A DNA stretch of 64,000 nt from an uncultured Verrucomicrobiae bacterium (GCA_963772365.1 CAVYXA010000001.1:608001-672000), one strand, 5' to 3'. Shown: positions 10,007-19,221, counted from the first letter of the stretch. The notes: generated by a model from the sequence alone, not told the origin. Numbers and translations: made by a program.

Positions 10007-10204
10007 TCAAAACGCCTTCGCCGTAAAACACGATTACCCTAAAGCCCATCAGAAAGAGCGACTATTTTGGCCGAGTTGGGCCGTTCCTGCAACTAATTGT
10101 TTCTCCCGGCTTGCGGAGCATGGCCGCTTCTTCTTCATTTCATGCGCAATGGTAAGATCGACAACGGCATCAAGAAAAGACGCCTGCTTTGATCGGTGGC
10201 AAAA

Positions 10205-10951
10205 ATGAAAACAGTTCAAGTGCTTGGCACACCTCTCACGGTCACCAGCTACGAGGAATTCAGCTATTATTGCAGCAACCTGGCCAGGCAGCCTCGCGCT
10301 TTTGCCGTAGATCTTAGCAACACTCAAGTCATCACCATGCGGCGGCACGAACCATGGTTTCGCGAAATCACCGGCGTTTTCGATTATTTCCTGCCGGACG
10401 GAATGCCGCTCGTGTGGTGTCTGAATCGACGCGGCGCAACGATGCAGGACCGCGTTTACGGCCCCACCTTTATGCGGGTTTGCATGTCGCGTAATCCGTC
10501 GCCCCGGACCCATTATCTTCTCGGCGGCTCTGCCGAATGTCTAGCGCGTCTTCAAAATCGTCTGCTTACTATGCAACCGGAGCTGCGCATTGTCGGCGCA
10601 CGCGATGGATACTTTAGACCAGACGAAGAAGGCGAGATCATAGCTGAGATTAACCGACTCTCGCCCGATTTTATCTGGATCGGTCTGGGAACACCGAAGC
10701 AGCAGGATTGGATTTATCGGAACAAAAAGCAGATCGCGCGCGGCGTGCTTTTCGCCGTCGGGTTTGCATTTGATGTAAATGCCGGCAGCAAGAAAGATGC
10801 GCCGCATTGGATGCAACGTCGGGGGTTGACGTGGGTGTTTCGCCTTTTTAGCGAACCGCGCAGGCTGGCCATGCGCTATCTGCGCTACAACAGCCTTTTC
10901 CTTTTTTATCTTTGCAAAGACGCATTGCTCGGGTGCCGGATAGAGCACTAG
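10205..10951 (+). CDS. WecB/TagA/CpsF family glycosyltransferase (GT26)
   Basis: PDGMPLVW, RVYGP, IWIGLGTPKQ, VGFAFD and EPRRL..RYL motifs. Confidence 0.93.
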   Translation: MKTVQVLGTPLTVTSYEEFSYYCSNLARQPRAFAVDLSNTQVITMRRHEPWFREITGVFDYFLPDGMPLVWCLNRRGATMQDRVYGPTFMRVCMSRNPSPRTHYLLGGSAECLARLQNRLLTMQPELRIVGARDGYFRPDEEGEIIAEINRLSPDFIWIGLGTPKQQDWIYRNKKQIARGVLFAVGFAFDVNAGSKKDAPHWMQRRGLTWVFRLFSEPRRLAMRYLRYNSLFLFYLCKDALLGCRIEH

Positions 10952-10999
10952 TCTGCTGTCGCACCGATCGTTTTGCGAATCGCCTGATAGCGCCGTAGG

Positions 11000-11110
11000 A
11001 AAGCGACGCGAGGACGCCGTCGCACTCTTAAAGCTTCGCGAAAAAGCAAATGCTTTTCTACGATTTCACACGAAGTGCTCTCGGAGTGCGGGGCGTCTTC
11101 GCACCGCTTT
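11000..11110. repeat. REPIN-like inverted pair (GGAGTGCG...CCGCTTT family) between convergent genes
   Basis: 11000-11028 aaagcgacgcgaggacgccgtcgcactct versus reverse complement of 11083-11110 aaagcggtgcgaagacgccccgcactcc. Confidence 0.75.
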
Positions 11111-11179
11111 GTTCTGGGATCCAAAGAAGGAAATCTGCGTCACGTACAGGTCCAGAATGGCAGACATGGGTAAGCAAAC

Positions 11180-12994
11180 TTACATTTTTCGCCCGAATTT
11201 TTTTTCCAACTCGGCGGTGGAGATCTGGATCATGGTGGGGCGGCCATGCGGACAGCAGTAAGGCAGATCGCAGGCCAGCAGATCGCGAATTAGTTGTTCC
11301 ACTTCGGGAAACCGCAGCGGATCGTTTGCTTTGACAGCGTGACGGCAAACGGTGGTGGCAATCATTTCTTCTCCCAGCCGCAAAGCCGAACTGCTATTGC
11401 TGGCAGTTTTGAGATCGTCAATTACCTGTTGCATGAATTGAATCGGATCGGACGCTTTTAAAAACGCGGGCAGACTGTCGATCTTGAACGTGGTGGGTCC
11501 AAAGCTCTCGATCCCGACCCCCATCTTTTGGAGGATCGACAAGTTTCGTTCGACCCATTCGGCGTCACGCGGTGGCAGATCAAAAGTCTGCGGGATCAGC
11601 AACTTTTGCGACGGCACCCCCTGCTCTTCCATCCGGCGCCGCAATTCTTCGAACAAAATCCGCTCGTGAGCGGCATGTTGATCGACCAGCACAAGCCCTT
11701 GGGCGTTCTCCATCAACACGTAAAGCTTGTTCAAAACGCCGATGATCTGGAATTGCTGAGAAGCGGGGCGCGATTGTAGGGCAAGCGCATCGCTTGCTGG
11801 CTCCGACGGCTGCCCGTGTGGCAGGCGGAGCGCCTGCCCTACAATCGGCAATTGCTGGTCCAAAATTTCCTGCGCAGTCGTTTCCGGCCGCAGTTTTAGA
11901 TCGACAGTTGTAGCCTGAGGCGCCGACGCCAGCCCTTTAGATGCCATTACACGCGGATCAGGTCCGCGAAATTTTTCCTGCCAATCGGTGCGTACTTTTT
12001 CCAGTGTGCGTTGGACTGCCGCGACGATTGCCTCACGCACACCGTTAGGATCGCGAAAACGCACTTCGCGTTTCGCGGGATGAACGTTTACATCGACGAA
12101 CACGGGATCGAGCTGCACAAAAAGAAACGTGACGGGAAACTGCCCCTTCATCAGCGCGGTGTGATATCCCTCGCGCAGGGCCGATGTGATGAGCGGGCTT
12201 TCGACGGCGCGACCGTTTACAAAAACCAACTGCTGGGCCCGCGTTTGCCGGCTCAGGCCAGCTTGACCGATTAAACCCGTGATTCTCGGCGCGCCCGGCG
12301 GTCGCGCCCTACCAATCTCATTTACTTCGAGCAAACGATCGAGCAGCTCGTTGCCGTAGAGATCGCGAATACGATCATTCAGCGTCGCTGCCTGCGGAAG
12401 TTGAAACACGACGCGATCATCCCGGACAAAAGTGAACGCGATATGCGGATGCCCGATGGCTTGGAGATGCAACTGATGTTCAATGTTGCGGCTCTCCGTG
12501 TTTTCGGAGCGCAGAAATTTTCTTCGCGCGGGAAGATTATAAAACAACGAGCGCACTTCCACCTGCGTGCCGGCTGCTTCACCTCCGTCACGCACAGTGT
12601 CGATCTTGCCGCCGTTTACCACAATATCGGTTCCGGCGATCTCTTTCTGCTCTCGCGTTGTCAGGCGAAATCGGGCGACGCTGGCTATGCTCGGCAACGC
12701 TTCGCCGCGGAAACCGAGCGTGCCGACTGCTTGAAGATCATCGGCAGAACGGATCTTACTAGTCGCATGGCGCTCGAGCGACAGGAGTGCGTCGTCGCGA
12801 TCCATCCCACAGCCATCATCGACAACCCGAATGAGCGAAATACCGCCCCGCCGAATGAGGATGTCGATCTTACGAGCGCCGGCGTCGATGCTATTTTCGA
12901 CAAGTTCCTTCACGACTGACGCGGGGCGTTCCACTACTTCACCGGCCGCGACCTGGCTAGCGACTATTTCGGAGAGCAGTCGAATCCGGCTCAT
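11180..12994 (-). CDS. mutL: DNA mismatch repair endonuclease MutL
   Basis: AAGEVVERPASVVKELVENSIDAG, GFRGEAL, DQHAAHERILFE and CPHGRP motifs. Confidence 0.98.
   Translation of the reverse strand: MSRIRLLSEIVASQVAAGEVVERPASVVKELVENSIDAGARKIDILIRRGGISLIRVVDDGCGMDRDDALLSLERHATSKIRSADDLQAVGTLGFRGEALPSIASVARFRLTTREQKEIAGTDIVVNGGKIDTVRDGGEAAGTQVEVRSLFYNLPARRKFLRSENTESRNIEHQLHLQAIGHPHIAFTFVRDDRVVFQLPQAATLNDRIRDLYGNELLDRLLEVNEIGRARPPGAPRITGLIGQAGLSRQTRAQQLVFVNGRAVESPLITSALREGYHTALMKGQFPVTFLFVQLDPVFVDVNVHPAKREVRFRDPNGVREAIVAAVQRTLEKVRTDWQEKFRGPDPRVMASKGLASAPQATTVDLKLRPETTAQEILDQQLPIVGQALRLPHGQPSEPASDALALQSRPASQQFQIIGVLNKLYVLMENAQGLVLVDQHAAHERILFEELRRRMEEQGVPSQKLLIPQTFDLPPRDAEWVERNLSILQKMGVGIESFGPTTFKIDSLPAFLKASDPIQFMQQVIDDLKTASNSSSALRLGEEMIATTVCRHAVKANDPLRFPEVEQLIRDLLACDLPYCCPHGRPTMIQISTAELEKKFGRKM
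11771..11847. repeat. GTAG-type REPIN lying in frame inside mutL
   Basis: 13-bp terminal IR cgattgtagggca/tgccctacaatcg; arms GTAGG-GCAAGCG-cat-CGCTTGC and (reverse) GTAG-GGCAGGCG-ctc-CGCCTGCC. Confidence 0.88.
12288..12312 (-). repeat. Single GTAG-type REP lying in frame inside mutL
   Basis: Reverse complement reads GTAG-GGCGCG-accgccggg-CGCGCC; encodes GRARPPGAP. Confidence 0.7.
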
Positions 12995-12997
12995 GAT

Positions 12998-13035
12998 TCA
13001 GATGTCAGAGGTCGGAGGTCGGACGTCAAATCAGA
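12998..13035 (+). repeat. Heptamer tandem repeat immediately upstream of the mutL start
   Basis: tcagatg tcagagg tcggagg tcggacg tcaaa tcaga. Confidence 0.75.
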
Positions 13036-13052
13036 TTTGAACAAGATAGAAT

Positions 13053-13141
13053 GTGGAACGCGTTATCATTAACGCGCTGGCAACATCAATCCGGCCGCAC
13101 CCGCCAAGCTTCTGCATGTGACTCGTTACGCTCAGCGCGTT
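13053..13141. repeat. Degenerate REP-like element (GTGG-AACGCGTT family)
   Basis: gtggaacgcgttatcattaacgcgctg hairpin; aacgcgctg (13071-13079) inverted at cagcgcgtt (13133-13141). Confidence 0.5.
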
Positions 13142-13167
13142 GACTTGAAACGATGAAATCGTAGTGT
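13140..13167 (+). promoter_or_regulatory. Sigma-70-like promoter, probably giving a leaderless transcript
   Basis: TTGACT-N16-TAGTGT-N8-ATG(13176); no Shine-Dalgarno. Confidence 0.5.
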
Positions 13168-13175
13168 AGTGACGC

Positions 13176-13538
13176 ATGATCAACGTAACGGAAAATGCTG
13201 TCCGGCAGCTCCGTTCTCTGCTGCAAAAGGCCGGTAATGCAGAGAAAGGATTACGGGTGCAGATCGCGAAGGGTGGTTGCTCGGGTCTTCAATATGAGAT
13301 GGCGCTGGATGAGAAAAAGCCGGGTGATACCGTGGTCGAACGCGGCGGTGTGCAATTCCTTGTCGATGGAGAAAGCGCGACTTATCTGCGCGGCTCGACT
13401 CTCGATTTTCGCGAGGGCCTGACCGCGGCTGGGTTTCAAATCGTGAACCCGAACGCTTCCCGTACGTGCGGATGCGGTTCGTCATTCGAAGCAGGCAATA
13501 TTTCGCCAGCGAATTCGTCCGGCGGCGGAGCAGTGTGA
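13176..13538 (+). CDS. Fe-S cluster assembly accessory protein (HesB/IscA/ErpA family)
   Basis: GGCSGLQY and NPNASRTCGCGSSF motifs. Confidence 0.95.
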   Translation: MINVTENAVRQLRSLLQKAGNAEKGLRVQIAKGGCSGLQYEMALDEKKPGDTVVERGGVQFLVDGESATYLRGSTLDFREGLTAAGFQIVNPNASRTCGCGSSFEAGNISPANSSGGGAV

Positions 13539-13566
13539 ATCCGCGCAATCTTTCCGTTTCCCCCTG

Positions 13567-15126
13567 ATGGATTACAGCAGCTATTCGTACGACGATCCTT
13601 ACACGCGCCGGCGTCCGGCGCGGGTTAATTATTTCGCCTGGTCGATAGCGATTCTGCTTCTCACGGCATTCGCACTGGCCGCATGGCTGGGCAGTTTCTA
13701 CATCTTCGGACAACCGGAGCGCCCGGACAGTTATCGAATTTTGCAGCGCCTGCATAAAATCGATCCACCGAAGCGGTTCGAGTTAACAGCCGCGCCAGCA
13801 GGCGAATTTCTCAGTGCGAAGCAACTTTACGATCGTTACGCCGCGATGGGATCCGCCGAACTCGCGAAGACCAATGCCGAGCTGGCGCGCAATTACATTC
13901 GTAACTACGGCCAGGTGCGCGGTCTCGTTCCCTACGTGATCGGCCGCTACATGATCATGGAAGCGCGTGAGCTGGGCCCGGGCGATGTTTTCACTTCCGG
14001 GATGGTCGCGTTAACGAGCGCCGTCGATCACGGTGAGCTGTTAATGGAACATCTCTATCCCGCCGATAGCAGCGTGATTCCGCTGATGAAACAAACGCTC
14101 AAGCCCGGTTTGGAAATCAAGTTGGAGCGAACACATGATCTCTCGGCGGTGCTGCATGCTGAAAGATTGAAAGATGGCCGGATGCTGATTACTGCGATGC
14201 CACTGCTCTACGGCACTTACACCATGACACGTGGGCCGGGTGTTTTTCGACTCGAGCCGCCTTCCAATTTGAATCTGGTGGCAGGCTGGCCGCTGTTTAA
14301 AGAACAGGCCCGGCTGAAAGCGGAACTGCATTTCAAGAATTACCGGCAGGAAATGGGATTGGCTCAGGCGTCGGTGCCAATTTCCGGGATATCGCCCGGC
14401 GGCACACCGCCTCCGGCCGAAAATTCCCTGGTTCGCGTGGAGCCGGCCAGACCTGTGGAAACTCCCTCGATCGTTCGCGTTCCGAAAAAAGAGACGAAGG
14501 TCGCAGAGACAACGCCTACGCCGGAAGAGAAATCATCGAAGAAACGCAAGGGCCGTTCCGGCTCGCAAGATGAATTTGTCTTGCCGGTAGCAAAAGCCCT
14601 TCCGGTCACCGCATCGGTTACGCCTATCGCTGTTCCCACCACAACGCCCACTGCTGTGGCGATGGCAGAAACCCCTTCTCCCACCGCTACGCCGGTCCCG
14701 GTTTTGCCGGCACAACCTGCTCCTACCGTTCCGGGCGAGGAACTAGCTTCGACAGCGGGCGGCGGCACGTGGAGAACCTTTGCGCCTGGTCGGATGCCGC
14801 TCGGCAGGCTTATCGACACGAGCGATCTGCGCGATTTCGCCGATCGCGGCGTAGCCGGCGAGCGGCTTTATTTGAGCGGTCAATTCGTGGTCAACTTTTC
14901 CGATGCGAACCGCGCTGTGTTACGCCCGCGGCAGGGTCTGGCCGATAGTGTGCTTCATTTTGGCTCGTCCACGCGCATCATTGTCGATTTTCCCGCCGGT
15001 TATACGCCTCCACGTCAGGGGGCTGTCGTTAATCGTGACCAACGGCGTCCCTATGAAATTACTGAGATTCGCAAACAAGACGACGGCCAGTTGAACGTCT
15101 TTGTCCGCGAAATCATGCAGCCTTAA
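13567..15126 (+). CDS. Hypothetical membrane-anchored protein with Pro/Thr-rich linker
   Basis: 519 aa; one N-terminal TM helix, globular domain, long PT-rich linker and about 120-aa C-terminal domain. Confidence 0.75.
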   Translation: MDYSSYSYDDPYTRRRPARVNYFAWSIAILLLTAFALAAWLGSFYIFGQPERPDSYRILQRLHKIDPPKRFELTAAPAGEFLSAKQLYDRYAAMGSAELAKTNAELARNYIRNYGQVRGLVPYVIGRYMIMEARELGPGDVFTSGMVALTSAVDHGELLMEHLYPADSSVIPLMKQTLKPGLEIKLERTHDLSAVLHAERLKDGRMLITAMPLLYGTYTMTRGPGVFRLEPPSNLNLVAGWPLFKEQARLKAELHFKNYRQEMGLAQASVPISGISPGGTPPPAENSLVRVEPARPVETPSIVRVPKKETKVAETTPTPEEKSSKKRKGRSGSQDEFVLPVAKALPVTASVTPIAVPTTTPTAVAMAETPSPTATPVPVLPAQPAPTVPGEELASTAGGGTWRTFAPGRMPLGRLIDTSDLRDFADRGVAGERLYLSGQFVVNFSDANRAVLRPRQGLADSVLHFGSSTRIIVDFPAGYTPPRQGAVVNRDQRRPYEITEIRKQDDGQLNVFVREIMQP

Positions 15127-15148
15127 CAAGTCGCGAGGGCTTTCGGAG

Positions 15149-15823
15149 CTAGCCTTCGTTCGACCGGAGAATTAATTTCCCGTCGCGAATTTCGAAGGAA
15201 CGTATTTGGTAGGCCCCCGTGTATTCGGAGACGTAATCGTGCAGCGGTTGTGAATGAAGGCGCCAGTTCAACAGATCGACTGGCACCGGTTCATTATTCA
15301 CCTTGATTCGATTCACCTTCAGGTGTTGGACCGACTGAGCGCCGTCGGATTCGATCACAATATCGGCATTGAAATAGTGGCCCGCGCGTCCAATAAACTT
15401 CGTCAGTGGGACGCTGACCTGAAACCGCAGCCAATTTCCTTCAATCGAAGCGAAAACTTTTCCGGCGAACTCCGGATTGGATGCAATCAGGCTGTTGAGA
15501 TCGTTTCCCGTTAATTCAATCCAGGCAGGGCTACCTTCGTGCACAGTTTGCTCGAATTTTTGCCAGCGTTCACGGACATCCGCCATTTCCGAAGGAGAAG
15601 CTTCAAAGCTCGGAATAGCCGCCGGCCGATCTGCCACTGCGTGTATTTTCGTTAACCAGAGAATTCCACGGGCCACTGCTGACTGGGTATGAATGCCCCA
15701 ATAGACTCCGATTACCAAAGCGAACCCGAGTAACAGACCAAAGATTCCCAGGATGAGGCAGCTTTTGCCAAACAGTCCCATTCCCTTCTTTGGCGGCGGC
15801 TCGATCCAACTGCTGTTTGTCAT
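15149..15823 (-). CDS. Hypothetical membrane-anchored protein
   Basis: Start MTNSSW overlaps the HIT stop (ATGA); PPPKKGMG..C then a TM helix. Confidence 0.75.
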   Translation of the reverse strand: MTNSSWIEPPPKKGMGLFGKSCLILGIFGLLLGFALVIGVYWGIHTQSAVARGILWLTKIHAVADRPAAIPSFEASPSEMADVRERWQKFEQTVHEGSPAWIELTGNDLNSLIASNPEFAGKVFASIEGNWLRFQVSVPLTKFIGRAGHYFNADIVIESDGAQSVQHLKVNRIKVNNEPVPVDLLNWRLHSQPLHDYVSEYTGAYQIRSFEIRDGKLILRSNEG

Positions 15824-16338
15824 CGTGATTCGTTGTCGATCCTGGCCTGAGCGGCGATCAGTTTGTCGTATAGCCCGCGTAATCCCTCCGAGATCGTTCG
15901 CGTTCCAGTGAGGATCGGCATGAAGTTGGTGTCGCCACTCCAGCGCGGCACGATGTGAAGATGCAAGTGATCGAGTACACCTGCGCCGGCGCATTCACCC
16001 AGGTTCAGTCCGATGTTGAATCCTTGGGCGCGCATTACCGTTCCCAACAACTTCTGCGCATGTGCCACCAGACTCCAGAGCTCAACAATCTCGTTTTCAC
16101 CGAGCGCGGCCAGGTCGGCCGTCTTCCGATACGGAACCGCCATCAAATGACCGACTGCGTAGGGATAACGGTTCATCATCAGAAAAGCAGTTTTCCTTCG
16201 AGTGACGACTAAATGCGCCGCATCGTCACTGGCCCTTGCTGCTTCAGACAAAAAATCGGACGTCGGTTTTTCTCTCTCGAAATATTCCACCCGCCAGGGG
16301 CACCAGAGCGTTTCGATCTCTTTTTGCGGAAACTCCAT
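15820..16338 (-). CDS. HIT family hydrolase
   Basis: LWCPWR, NRYPYAVGHLM and HLHLHIVPRW..D.NFM motifs. Confidence 0.93.
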   Translation of the reverse strand: MEFPQKEIETLWCPWRVEYFEREKPTSDFLSEAARASDDAAHLVVTRRKTAFLMMNRYPYAVGHLMAVPYRKTADLAALGENEIVELWSLVAHAQKLLGTVMRAQGFNIGLNLGECAGAGVLDHLHLHIVPRWSGDTNFMPILTGTRTISEGLRGLYDKLIAAQARIDNESR

Positions 16339-16347
16339 CTTTCCATC

Positions 16348-16371
16348 TGTAGCGGCGCTCACGGGCCGTCG
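16348..16371 (+). repeat. Degenerate single copy of the TGTAGCGGCGGTC REP
   Basis: tgtagcggcgctcacgggccgtcg, 19/24 identical to the arm at 17227-17250. Confidence 0.65.
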
Positions 16372-16384
16372 CAATCCCGGAAAG

Positions 16385-17878
16385 TTAACGCGTGATCAAT
16401 ACATAGCCTCGATCTGGCGTCTGCTGTTGCGGCGCTGATTTCAATTCCGAAAGGGCCGCATCGTGAAGGTGGCGCATCAGATCCGGGGCCTGCCTGCGCG
16501 GCACCACCAGCGCGTCGAGATTGCCGCGGTTCCAATCCATGACGGCTTGATCCTGCGGAACGAAGTGTAATTTGCGCAAATAAAGGAGCAGCCCCTCGTC
16601 GCCGCCCCACATCGCTTCGTAGCGCCAATGCTTCTCTTGTGCTTGGGCACGAACCTGATTGCCAAAAATGACCAGCGCATTTCGATGATTTCGGTAACCG
16701 GCAACGACTTTGGCCAGTGTATAAACGCCCGTAAACAGGATCGACATCGCCAACGCGACTGCGCTCCAAACACGAACAGCCTCACGGCTCGGTTCAGTCC
16801 GCAGCGCGTGCGCCAGTTGTGCTGCCAGCAGCAAACAGAGCGGAGGAATAACGGGAAATATTCGGTCCACTCGCTTGGAAGGAATGAGCGACATCACCAG
16901 CAAACCGCCCAAACTCCAGAAAATCAGCCATAATGTTTCTGGCGAGATCCGTCGGAGCGCTTCGCGAAAGCTCCATCGAGCCGCACGAAGATCGACAATC
17001 GCCAGGCCAATCATAAGCAGACTCCAGGGGGCAAACTTATGAAACAAATGCGGAAGATAAAAATAGATCGGCTGCGGACGATGGACTGTTTCACCGAAGC
17101 GACCGATAAATTCGCGCATCACGACTTGATCGAAAAAATCGGGCTGCAATAAAATTCCGCCGATCGCCCAGATCAGAAAAATCCCGAGCGAAGCCACCCA
17201 GGGCCACCACGCGAGCCAGCCAAAACTGTAGCGGCGGTCTGTGACCGTCGCCGTTTTCGTGAAAAGATTTCGACGGTCACAGACCGCCGCTACAATCAGT
17301 CCAGGTAACAAAAACGCATAAACGATCGGGCCTTTAATCAGCATTGCAGCGGTAAGAAGAAAAAACTGAAGTTGTCGATCGCGTTTCTCCCAGGGGCGCT
17401 TTTCTCGAATATGAATCCAGATTTGCAGACCGATCAGGAAAATCACGAGCGCGAGCGGCATATCGGTCCGCACCAAACTGGCAAGGCGCGGCGTTAACAA
17501 ATTCAAGCCGAACGCGCTTAGAGCGATCAGGCCTGCCATTGGACCGTGGATCAAATTCGCAGCGCGATAGAGGAGGATCGACATCGCCATTGCAGATAGA
17601 ATGGATGGCAATCGCCAAGCCCAATCCCAAGAGCGTGTCGCAGCAAACAAGACGGCCGAGATCCACCCCACTAGTGGCGGCTTGGTTGCGACCTTTTCGT
17701 GCGGCGTCTGTTGATAAAACAGATGACCTTCCTTGACGATTTCAAACGAGGTATAAGCCTGCTTGGCTTGATCGTAGTCATCCAACTGCCAGGGCAGATT
17801 GGTCGCGAGGAACAGAATTCCAATGAGAAAACTGACGATCCAGAGCGTTCGTCGGTCTTCGAGAAAAGCTTTCGTCAT
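16385..17878 (-). CDS. ArnT/PMT-like GT-C glycosyltransferase
   Basis: DDYDQ, KPPL..W, RLPS, RTDM, LIKGP, H..P.YFY and SKR..RIFP motifs; multi-TM; alternative start at 17908. Confidence 0.85.
   Translation of the reverse strand: MTKAFLEDRRTLWIVSFLIGILFLATNLPWQLDDYDQAKQAYTSFEIVKEGHLFYQQTPHEKVATKPPLVGWISAVLFAATRSWDWAWRLPSILSAMAMSILLYRAANLIHGPMAGLIALSAFGLNLLTPRLASLVRTDMPLALVIFLIGLQIWIHIREKRPWEKRDRQLQFFLLTAAMLIKGPIVYAFLLPGLIVAAVCDRRNLFTKTATVTDRRYSFGWLAWWPWVASLGIFLIWAIGGILLQPDFFDQVVMREFIGRFGETVHRPQPIYFYLPHLFHKFAPWSLLMIGLAIVDLRAARWSFREALRRISPETLWLIFWSLGGLLVMSLIPSKRVDRIFPVIPPLCLLLAAQLAHALRTEPSREAVRVWSAVALAMSILFTGVYTLAKVVAGYRNHRNALVIFGNQVRAQAQEKHWRYEAMWGGDEGLLLYLRKLHFVPQDQAVMDWNRGNLDALVVPRRQAPDLMRHLHDAALSELKSAPQQQTPDRGYVLITR
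17227..17294. repeat. GTAG-type REPIN lying in frame inside the ArnT-like gene
   Basis: Perfect 24-bp IR tgtagcggcggtctgtgaccgtcg / cgacggtcacagaccgccgctaca with a 20-bp spacer. Confidence 0.92.
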
Positions 17879-17965
17879 GTCGGGCGAAGTCGAGACATCC
17901 CGTGGCATTATTTAAGGCGAACCCACGGGATTCCTCGACTACGCTTCGCTTCGCCCGGAATGACA
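17874..17965. repeat. TGTCATTCCG-type palindromic element spanning the lpxB stop and the ArnT-like start
   Basis: gtcatgtcgggcgaagtcgagacatcccgtgg ... cccacgggattcctcgactacgcttcgcttcgcccggaatgaca; related copy at 39947-40041. Confidence 0.85.
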
Positions 17966-19078
17966 AGCAATTTCGGCCAGAACTGCCCGGGCCGCTTTTT
18001 CGCTCGCTCCGCCTTCGCCGAGGCTGGCAATGGTTGAATCGAACGCCGCGATCATTCGCTCACGCGCCGCCGTGTCATCAAACAGTTTCAGCACAGTCCT
18101 CGCAATATCAGAAGGCTTCGCATGCTGCTGAATGAATTCGGGCACGATTTCCTTGTTCGCCAGGACGTTTGGCATTCCGAGATGTTTCACATTCACGACC
18201 AGACGCGCGGCGACATAAGTAGGCCATGCCACCTTGTAAACCAGCACAAAGGGAAGACGAAAATAGGCAGCTTCGAGAGTGGCGCTGCCTGACGCAACGA
18301 TACCCGCCCAGGCCCGCTGCATGATTTCCGATGTTTGTCGGACCTCGATTCCGAGCAGATCGCGATTGTGTCCAGTCGCCATGTGCAACATCTCTTTCGC
18401 CAGTTCTTTGGAGGCCGCTGCGACTTCGAAGCGCAGATTTGGTTTCGACTGTCGAAGTTTTTTTGCCGCTTCGACCATGATTGGGAAGATTTTGCGAACT
18501 TCGCGCCGGCGACTTCCCGGAAACAGGCCAATCAAGTTCGGATCGCGTTCGATGTCGATCTTGAGCGGGGGTAACCGCTCGATCATTGGATGGCCCACAA
18601 ATTCCGTCCGCAATCCGGATTTATTATAGAGATCGGCTTCGAAGGGAAAGATGCACAGCATCAAATCGAGATAGCGCGCCATTTTTTTGATCCGGCCGCG
18701 GTTCCACGCCCAGACCTGCGGGCTGATGTAATAGATGATTCTCTGGCCGGTTGATTGTTTCCGGAGCGCACGAGCGACGCGCAGGTTGAAACCTGGGTAA
18801 TCAATCAAGATCACGGCAACGGGTTTCGATTTTTTAATCTCGCCAAGTGTTTGGTGAAACTGCCGCCGGAAATAGCCATATTTTCTAATCACTTCCCACA
18901 AACCGAGGACGGCGGCTTCATCTAACCAGTTCTTAAATCGGTCGCCGGCAATCGCGCGCATTTGCGATCCGCCTCGGCCGATGAAGGTGAAATCGGGAGC
19001 CAGCTTCCGGAGCGCCGACATCAACGCGGCGCCATGATTATCGCCGCTCACCTCGCCCGCGACGAAATAGATGGTCAT
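17939..19078 (-). CDS. lpxB: Lipid-A-disaccharide synthase
   Basis: VAGEVSGD, IDYPGFN, YISPQVWAW, FVGHP, LFPGSR and SGSATLE motifs. Confidence 0.96.
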   Translation of the reverse strand: MTIYFVAGEVSGDNHGAALMSALRKLAPDFTFIGRGGSQMRAIAGDRFKNWLDEAAVLGLWEVIRKYGYFRRQFHQTLGEIKKSKPVAVILIDYPGFNLRVARALRKQSTGQRIIYYISPQVWAWNRGRIKKMARYLDLMLCIFPFEADLYNKSGLRTEFVGHPMIERLPPLKIDIERDPNLIGLFPGSRRREVRKIFPIMVEAAKKLRQSKPNLRFEVAAASKELAKEMLHMATGHNRDLLGIEVRQTSEIMQRAWAGIVASGSATLEAAYFRLPFVLVYKVAWPTYVAARLVVNVKHLGMPNVLANKEIVPEFIQQHAKPSDIARTVLKLFDDTAARERMIAAFDSTIASLGEGGASEKAARAVLAEIACHSGRSEA

Positions 19079-19083
19079 GGAGA

Positions 19084-19221
19084 GAATGACCCAGTTCGAA
19101 TGCCGAAGCTCGAAGGAATGACGAAACACGAATGACCAAACCGAACGAGGGAGGGTGTGCCGATTTTTCGGATTTCGTCATTTGGATTTGTTTCCGATTT
19201 CGTCATTCGGATTTCGTCATT
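19084..19221. repeat. Inverted array of degenerate GAATGAC/GTCATT units (7/14-nt period)
   Basis: Left gaatgac..gaatgcc..gaatgac..gaatgac; right ttcggatttcgtcatt repeats; overlaps the oxidoreductase stop codon. Confidence 0.8.

Noticed and set aside
18008..18028. ccgccttcgccgaggct inside lpxB resembling the REP at 5826
   Set aside because: It encodes the usual LpxB C-terminal LG..GAS segment and has no partner arm, so it is probably coincidence.
19084..19221. Periodic repeats considered as a CRISPR array
   Set aside because: The units are degenerate 7/14-mers in inverted orientation with no unique 25-45 nt spacers, and there are no cas genes in the window.
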